From positions 1,054,001 through 1,118,000 of the forward strand of contig NC_081331.1 in assembly GCF_022539665.2 (NCBI RefSeq): a stretch of DNA of 64,000 nucleotides, written 5' to 3'. Source of the stretch: Daphnia carinata. Its lineage: Eukaryota. The position numbers and the translations under genes were made by a program. The number at the start of each line of letters is the position of its first letter. Position 1 is the stretch's first letter. This document shows, one piece after another, positions 54,901 to 64,000 of this stretch. The notes below the pieces were generated by a model. That model had not been told where the DNA came from. It was given only the letters and a program-made list of their open reading frames with translations, and ran no database searches.

Positions 54901-57900
54901 TTTTAGAGTCGACGATGTTACATCGATCTGATCCGCATATAACACACACACAAGTAGAACTACCATAATACGTCATCATCCATCTTGCTTTCCTTACAGT
55001 GCCCACTGTCTGTGAGGTGCTTTCTCTTGGGTGTTTACGAAAGAGGAAAAAACGGCTCGCTGATTGTCTCTTTTCTTCTGGCTCTGCAACAACACAATGC
55101 GAGCAAAACAACAAAAATAAGAAAAAAAAAACCTATAGCACAAATAAACACACGGTTGTATAGAGAGAGATAGACCTTACACGCTCCGATGCGGGCATCT
55201 CAAGAGATGGGAGGGGGGATGATGGTCATTCGTGTGGCTCCATATAATCTTTTGCTCCATTTTCTCTGTGTGTCAGTCCTTGCATTTTCTTTTGTTTTGT
55301 CTTTTGTGCTGGTATTGCGCTCGATTTTATAACTTGCGCTGTCGTTAAACATTTGAATCGTTCAAGCTGATCGGTTAGAAACAATAACAACAACAAAGAA
55401 AAGAGGTCGTGAATGTAACGAAATGCCGCATTTTCAAATGAAAAGTTTGGATGACGACAGTCGAGTTCTAATCGTCAATTTCCATTTCAAGAAAAAGAAT
55501 GTCCTCAGCGTCGTATAAAACAGTGGAACCATTTGCATACCAACTGCTTGCTTATTAATACTTCAATAAAAATTCTTCCTCAAAGCCTCTTGATGCCAAA
55601 GATTTGAAGGATTCATTTTGTCTTTATTATCGTACGACTCGAAAGCCTCGATGAAGAATTCCTGATGAACGTTATCGTCAAATGGGAAATCGTTACGAAT
55701 TTTTACGACCGGAGAAGGGGATAAAGAGATTATGACGCAACATGAAAATGCAGTATACTTTGCAGCCGTTACAAGACCAGAGGATTGATCGATGCATCCG
55801 TGCGAATGCACTTTACATTGTTTGGCAGAAAAAGAACGAGAGTCACGTTCGCCTTTCGAATATAGAAATACACCTTAGGGATTGATTGTATCACGCCGGT
55901 TGCGACTCAACAATGAGGATTCTCGGCTGTTTAAAGCATACGATGATGCGACAAACTGACTACCTAACAAGTTATTAACTCCTATACATACAACGCGTTT
56001 GAAATGAGAGAGAGAGAGAGACAGAGGGCCACTATTTTGATTGTCATGTGTAGATCTATTTTGTTGTAACATGTACGGCGGTCTACTTTGTCGCGAAATT
56101 GGATTGTTACTAACTTGTAGTTTATATTATGCCAAAGGCACAAAAAGAAAATTGGCATGAAGTCGCTTTTCAAAAAAACGCAGTACATCTAAATGTAACT
56201 AAATTTCTTGAAAAACCAAAGGGGAAAAGACAAACATTTTTTCATTTCCGAGTGGCTGATGGCCTTGTGCCAAACGCGAAAAAGTCCCTACTATGCATAG
56301 AGTTTATTTGTATTTAGACGTGCACCATGTATATGTACATAATCAATCACTATGGCAATCGAATGACGTTCTGTTCGGCAAAAGGCAAGGCCACACACGC
56401 TGCATTGCTCTTGTTGTTTGACTTGCACGCCACGCAATAAAGTTTTCTTCTAAAGTCGTTACATGCTGCGCGCTAAAGTTGTCCGTATAGACGTACAAAA
56501 CAACATGCACTACACACGAAGGTAATGGATCATAACGCTATGCAACATTTTCATGACCACATATCGCCATTTATTTAAAAAATATTCATCTAAAGTCTAA
56601 CGACTCTGTGTTTGTGTGTGTCATGCTGTCTGCCAAGAGAAGATGACCCACCGAGAAAGATCGACAAGACCAAGGAGGATAGGTTGTCGAGTGGGTAAAG
56701 ATGCAAAGCCGCAATGCAGTTCGCTCGAGTCCAGCCCAGCCAACTCTCCACTTAACGTTGATTATCTTGACTGTTGGTCTTTAAACTTCTTGATTGGCAA
56801 TTCCTCTCCGGTTGGAGTGTGTATAATTCTTACACCACACAATGTCGGTGGTATAGACTTCAGGCTTTAATGCAGCTATTGACCTAAAGTTTATACCACG
56901 TCTACCATTAGTGAAGATGCAGTTGGCCGGTTTAAAAAGAACGGGCTTAGTCGTTTCAAATTATATTTTTCTGGTTCATAAAAAGAATAACCAACGGTAG
57001 CAGCGACATTGTCCCAATAAAATATTTTTAAAAACAAAACAATATTTCATTCTCTTTTTTTCCGGTCTGTGTAACAATTTTTACAGCTAAAAGAAAAAAA
57101 GAAAAAAAGCACTGCACAAGGCTGTGTTTATGCTGATATGCATGCTTCGTTACATTGTCGCCTACTGCTTAGCTGCTGCCCTGTCTATATGGGCTTTGCG
57201 TGATAAAACTTTTCAATACGTCTCCCTCTGGCCCGTTAAACTTTAGAGCTCCATCAAATAACGCGCTATACGTGAACAACAAAGATCAAAGAAGAAATGC
57301 AACATTTTTGTTTGGTCGACCGTTGTGCGGGAGAGTGGATATATAGGGTGCCAATGTCGGGGAGTGTCTTGAACAATCATAGATGCCTGTCGTACGTTAG
57401 TGTATGTACATTGTGTACTGGTGGTTGATACTGTGTCATTTTTTTTCACGAAGCTGTACAAGTGGAATGACGGTGATGTGTTCGCTTGGCTAGAGATCCG
57501 TTTTGTACACAGATATCCGACATAAATGTATAGTCGTCACGTAGACGCAGTGCGTGCGATGTGTGCGCGGTAACCCTACAATAGCTATGTTTGGTGATCC
57601 CTAAATGAAAGAACGAGGAACAAGATCAATCTAGAGGAATAAATGCTGTTTTTCCATCGACAGAGTTAAACATTTTTTTTGGAGTTATACGTATAAAGCA
57701 CGTGGATGATGCCATCAGAGGATGTCTCCCCATGTTGGGGTGTCGGGGTAAATCAATCGAATCGGAAGAGTTTTCGCAATTTTCCGCCATCACTTGGGAA
57801 AGTATCAGAAACGCAACAGCCGGGGGGTTCTGGCTGGAGCAAGGCTTTTTTTTCTAGATCCAACGTTTTATCTATAGCTCGTCGATTCTATATTTCATAT

Positions 57901-60900
57901 GCCATCCTTCAGACGGAAGGAGACAGGCAAAGAAACTGATCATTATGTTTCTTTATCGTGATCGCGTTACACGTCGATCAGTTTACCAGGCAACGGAATG
58001 TTCGATGCCGTTGCAATTGGAACACAACCACGGATCAATTCAATTGCCAAACATGAAGTTTAAGTATAAGGCAAGGTGTTTGCAAAGCTGTAAAGCGCTA
58101 TTTAACGTAACGATATACCGTCTGCTCGGATTTCTATTTTCATTGGGTTGAATTTGACAAAGAAGAATGGGCTCCAAATGAATCTGAAAATCAAGGTGAA
58201 AAGGATTGAGGGCACAGGCGTCACAAGACCCTGAAGGAAAAAGGGCGTTTTTCGTTACACATGTAAACGTTGCCGGTTTGCAATTGCCAGTAGATTACGA
58301 AGCGCCCACCGTCAAGACGTCACATCGTAATGTCAATGAAAACTGCAAGAGGGTGTAAACACCTAACACCTGAACACACTCGAATTTCTTTTTTCTTTTT
58401 GAGAATCGATTTAAAAAAGAACTGAAAAACGATATTCCCCTGCCTAATTGGTAAACGACGTCAGATCGTTACGCCTTCACACTTTGTGCGATATCTATTC
58501 GAAGAAAACCTCTTGTTTGAATACATTGGACGAGTTGTGCGAATGACGATGTAACCGAGAGTTAGTTCTTCGTTAGAAGAAAACACATCATTAATTTGAC
58601 TTGCTTATCTGCCGTGTAATTCACTAATGAACGTCAGTTGTCTGAAACTTGTCCTGGTACAAAATGTTTGTCTCCTCTGACGCTGAAATATTCGTGGAAA
58701 TCTTTTTTTTTTTCTTCTTCGTTTTTCGTTACTCGTCTCAAACGGTGTAGACAATAAAGTCAATGGACGACTTGCTATTCGTCAAAAAAAAAAAAAAGAA
58801 CGCCCTTGTTATACGTCGCAGCGTTTACATTTCGAATAAGCCAACTAAGAGATATGTATTCATTCCCTTTAAGTGTGTAAAAACGATTGCGACGCAGTGT
58901 AGCTTCCAATGATTGTTATATTTTGTATACTAAGACTTGGCAAAGTGCTGATGCGGCTATGTCCTTAACTAGAGAGAGTAGAAGCGATGATGGAAAAGCA
59001 TAAAAAAAAAATTCCAACTATACAGAGCAGTAGATCAAAACGTATCATTTCAAGTAGCCGTCACTGACGTCAGTTACACGTTGTACATACATGCATCAGT
59101 GCTAAAGTTACAATAAGCCCCAATATATTATACCGTCCGGGAGTCTCGTGCTGCAGCGCTCTCGTCCTTGTTGTACTGTGTGTATGTGTGTATACAGTTC
59201 CATTGGGACGAACTCTCCACGACCCACCCATTTTAAATGACATGTACAGTAGCACGTTGCCTGTCTGGTATATATATATATATAGTCTATTCGCTGAACG
59301 TTGGAAGGTGAACATCAGCAGCGCCCTAGCGATCTTTGGCTTTCCATTACATCGTCTATTCTTTATAGGAAACGACAAGCTTGCCCTGGAATACTTGATT
59401 CACAGCAGTTATATACACGGCACGTTTTACCATCAGAAACACGGATTTATAAGTCTCCTTATGGACCCCGCCGCTACACAGGCATAATAAATCCGCTAGG
59501 GGGGATTTAAAGAAAAACGACGAGGCTGTAAAAAAGAAAAGAATAGAGGTGAGTACACGTTAAGATGACGAACGAGATGAAAAGACAAACGAAAAAGACC
59601 ATGTATTGAATAACAGATACGCACATAAGCCAAAATGTGGGTCACATTTAGAAATGAAGAAACCAAAAAAAAAACAAAAAAACAAGGCAATTGCTGACCA
59701 TGCGACTGCCAATTGAAACCGTCAACCAGTTTTCCCGGTGGTACCAGAGAAGGAACAATACTGATGATAACAAAAAAACGCCCGAATATTTCAAACATAA
59801 AGCGATGTAGGTCCAAATAATAATCATAACATTATGGGAGAAGCGCAGTGGAATAGCATCAACGGTTTAACGCAATTCGTTATTTCCATCGTGAAACGAA
59901 GCTTTTGAATTTCGCGCACATCGGTTATTGGCAAATCAATTTCCAAATTTCTTTGTGACGACAACAAAGAATAATATATAAAGGAACTAATAAAAATACT
60001 TTAAAAAAGGAAAAAGAAAAAGAGAGGGAAAGAATAAGGACAATATCGTGCCATCTTGGCGGCAGCGGAAGCGAACTCGTCGAGTTCAATCAAGTTACGC
60101 CATCTAATATGCTGATGGATGAAGACGAGCTTTCGGCAACTTTAATCACAAATCGAAAGCTGCTGCACGGCAAATGATGTTGCTGATGCACAATCTTCTT
60201 TTTCTCTATTTTCTTCTTCCCTTTTTTTTCTTTTATCATCGTGTCTCTTCATTTTAAGATATAAATAGGAAGAGAGGGAATCGTTGGCTCGATACGAGCT
60301 CCAGCTATTCCCTCGCATAAGATGCTGGCTTTAACTATCCGTATCCTTTTTTTGTTGTCTCTCATCGTCATAGCTGCTCAACTCATCAGTCTTCTGATGA
60401 TGCTCTCTATGCAGCCATTGTCTTGTCTCTCACACGTTTGTGTGAGCCCAGGAAACAAGCAAAAGAAATGGAGAATACACTTCAATGTGGAGGGCGTGTT
60501 ACAATCAAAAATTCATAGAGAATAATCAAGTGCCGAGAGGAACTGTATAGAAAAACATAGCTTTTTTTTTACTTGCGTCCATACAAACCCTTAGCGGCTA
60601 TTCACCGTCATTTGTTGCTCTTTGCCAAACAATAAGAAAGTTCAAAATAAATAAAGATATGGTGTCAACTATTCACAGACGCTCGTAACTCGACAAGTTT
60701 CGTTTTGATCGCTGTCGTTCGTTGCGCGTTTAACAATTTGCGAGGATGCAGATTTGACGCAGCAGGCCATCATCCTAAAATTCGCTTTCTTTAAAAATTG
60801 GTGGCCTTTTTTTTATATTACTATTCCATTTCCAACTTCTTGGCGTCGTCTTGACAACCCGGTTCCTTGACGCTTCTTCCGGGAAAGCATGCGTCACTCG

Positions 60901-61841
60901 AGTGAAATGGAATCAGTCAAAGGCGATGCGAATACGAAAAAAGGAGGGCACACATTGTTAACAACTTGTACAAAATGGTCAGGGCTGCGGCAAGACACAC
61001 GCCAACGAACTTGCCTTCTCTATACATATCTATCCTTTTTTTTTTTTTCAAAAAGATTTTCTTTCTTTTTATATTTTGCTTCTCCCTGCATACGCGGCAT
61101 TAAACAGCCAATGGGAAACGAGTTGGAGCGGGGGGTATCCTATATGTAAAGAAAGAAATGCTCGTACAATATGCATGAACGGTTCTCTTCAAGCGGTCCC
61201 TTATTCCCGATGCAACAAAAAGAAAACATTTAAAGACTACAAAAGTTGTCGACCTTTTTTTTTCGTGTTTTATTGGGAAAATCCATTTCGTTTTCTACTC
61301 TTAGGGGACAGCATAATAGACCTTGACTTTATTGGCTCCTCTTTTTTTTTTTAAATATTATTCCACCCTCTTTTCTTTCAACAAAAAAGAAACGGCTGCT
61401 CATCATTATCCATTTGATTCTATTGGCCCATCTAAGCCTCAATTGCGTATGCTAGTTAAGTAGCCTTCTTTCGGAAACCGTAAGCCTGTTAAACGCCATG
61501 CTATGATGTGCCGGATGAAACGGATACGACCCAATCTGCACAATAAGTCAACTTTTTTTTTGTACCTACCATATGTATGTAAAATGGAGGGAACGGATGA
61601 ATGCAGTTCACGCACAGATAAACTATTGACTGTCAAAATAGGTAGGGGGGTTTCCTCCGTGTCTCGCTAGCCGTGGTATTTGCATCCGCAATTAGGCAGG
61701 AGCAAATCGGAACGTTGGTTAATGAAATGGGAGGGAGGGGATTGTTATCTTTTGAAGATGCGCAAGGTGGTCCATCACCAGATGAAAAAGAGAGCAACAG
61801 GATTTTAAAGCTACTTGGCAAGGATGTGTACGGCAGCAGTT

Positions 61842-62048
61842 TCAAACAGGTCCGAGGGATCCGAAAATCATTTGTCCTTGTGACAGGTAGAGAGAAATGA
61901 CGATGACGACAATGACAAGAACGACGAGGCAAAGCAGAAGGAGAAGGCAACAGCAGACTCGACGACGTAGTTTATGGCTATCAGAGCGACGTTGAAGCAG
62001 AGCCTCTTCGACGCCATCCAGAGTGAAATCCACGCACATGGACCTTTC
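61842..62048 (-). CDS. Probable terminal coding exon of an uncharacterised single-pass (tail-anchored/type II) membrane protein
   Basis: After the acceptor ...gtaaatAG (62050-62049) the frame reads ERSMCVDFTLDGVEEALLQRRSDSHKLRRRVCCCLLLLLCLVVLVIVVIVISLYLSQGQMIFGSLGPV*. This is a basic cluster, CCC, a ~24-residue hydrophobic helix and a short tail, in locally GC-richer sequence. Upstream exons are unresolved. Confidence 0.5.
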   Translation of the reverse strand, partial: ERSMCVDFTLDGVEEALLQRRSDSHKLRRRVCCCLLLLLCLVVLVIVVIVISLYLSQGQMIFGSLGPV

Positions 62049-64000
62049 CTATTTACAATTCATTGAAGGAAACACATAAATAAAGATTAATGAATATACA
62101 GGTATCATAAAACAGAACTGACATTGTATCATGGGCGCATCGAAACCTCCCCCCAAAAGCTCAGCACGCACGTTCAACTGTTCCGCCAGCTTGAAATTTA
62201 CCATAGGAGAAGGTTCACCAGTTGAGACGCGAGGCTATTTGCATTATTGCTGACAAAATTTGAGCTATATTGATTATACACATCAGTACAAGTCAACTGT
62301 CTCTCTTTGTCTGTGTGTGTGTGTGGCTCTCGATCTAATTCTATATGCGGAGCTGGAGCAGCTTAGAGTCAACGTACGCTGTCCAGGGTTACACCCACCG
62401 CCCATCACCTTATACTTATTTATGTATAAGTCAGTAGAAAGCCCAGAGAAATAAGAGCTTTGAGCTTAAGGCACAACAACGTATAGAACTGCAGTGGCTG
62501 GGGGCCAAAGCTATAATCCGATCGAACAGCAAGAGCGAGGACAGCGCCTGAGTAGGTAATTTGGAGCTTCAACTTTGATTGCAGATGCGTGTTCTGATAA
62601 CACGGGCCAGCCATACTGATGGCTTCAGCTAACAGAGTATGGCACCTCTGCTTTCCTCTTCTTATTGGACAGTATTTATTTATTCAATCTTTCTTTATTA
62701 ACTAAACGTCATTTTATTTGAGATGTGGCGATTTACGACGTTCATTTGATTTCATTTGAATTCAATAGAATCTCCACGAAGTTATACGAAAAGAGTAGCC
62801 CGGATACTTGAGCGATGCAATGACTGATCCACTACACCATATCGCAAAAGTCTAGCGTAGATTTAACTCAAGTTGACATCACCTAGATGGTTTGCGCCAA
62901 GATTTGCGAGATTGTTTGAGTCAGCGTGACGGGCATCACGTGAATCTGACCGTTCCATAGAATAGGATAAGACAGCAAAGGCAGGGTGACCATAAGGGAA
63001 CAAGACGTCACATCCTGTTGATTTTGAAACTTCATTTTTTTTTTTTTTCATTTCTTTGTCCCCACACGAGCGTTATGGAAGAAGGAAAAGTCGGCTTCCC
63101 AGATGGCCATTCATCGAATAGCAGTCATTCAGGGGAATCAAGTTTTACAGGTCGATAAACAAGTCGTGCAAAACACAAAGTTTCAGAAGGCGGCGGCCAG
63201 TGATGATTCATAGATGGAATCGACAGATGCTATAACTTTGGATGAGGCGAACAATGAAATAAACAGAGCATACTCTTCCGCCATATATTTTTTCTATCGT
63301 GTTTCTTTTTTGCCTTGACTGTGTGCACATCAGACGCCGGAAACGGACATCAGACACTACGCAGAGTCACAAAAAGTTGAAGGCGACTTGATAAGTTGAT
63401 TGCAAGAGCGCGTTTCTTATGATTTCTGACGCTTTTTTTTTCGTATATTTTTTGGTTCCATCTTCGCGGAAACACGGGACGTAAGGGGGTCGTGAACGAA
63501 ATCACGCAAGCAACAACTGAAAATGACAAAAAAAAAGGGGGAGAAGGGGAAGATTTTCTCAAGCGAATCGGCTCAAAGTCGCACGACGTTGCGATGCGTG
63601 GCCGCACCGGCCGCTGCGCTTCATCCGACCAGAACGGACATCGTCAGAGTTTTAAAATAATGGAATATAAAAAGAGCTTTTCTGCTGGCGTTGAGCTACG
63701 AAAAAATCGAGTGACGCAAACAACGGTGTCAATGTGCGCACCTCACTCATGAGGAACCAAGGACGACTATGGCTGGCAATGGACGTCATAACCAAAACTT
63801 ACTCACATCATTTCTTTTTTTTTTTTCACAACATCTGCTCTGCTGGGAATCGGCTTGTCTCGAATTTTTCTTTTTTCTGCTCGATATAATCATTTTTTTT
63901 TTTTGCTGCTTCCCAGGTTTGTACGGCCTTCGATTTATCATTCAATGAAATTCTAGTTGAATTCTTCTTGACAATGGCAATTTTCAATTCTGTGCTCCGA

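Overview
Eukaryotic, intron-rich, AT-rich DNA with mostly 58-70 nt introns and arthropod-type genes; a Daphnia-like crustacean is my inference. I could reconstruct four multi-exon genes by hand: the splicing helicase DHX15/Prp43 (+, 352-3846), the short-chain dehydrogenase DHRS12 (-, 4175-5766), PRRC1 (-, 13299-14895) and a two-Ig-domain Dpr14-like gene (+, 45246-51988). There is also a probable terminal exon of a small membrane protein (-, 61842-62048). About 30 kb upstream and 10 kb downstream of the dpr gene look non-coding. The most unusual object is a 5,052-bp almost fully palindromic insertion at 6758-11809. It has ~2.27-kb inverted arms, TAT...ATA termini and a 6-bp target duplication (GACGAA), which is the IS3EU-type signature as I recall it. 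Each arm carries an inward-facing spliced, decaying gene of unknown family, followed by a hairpin-rich block of ~330 nt that is nearly invariant between arms. The ~0.5-kb spacer holds three tRNA-like units, and the whole element is nested in an older repeat. A second notable item is an oversized DHX15 intron with a candidate poison exon and a 142-nt AG-free zone. Most short ORFs in the supplied track are spurious.
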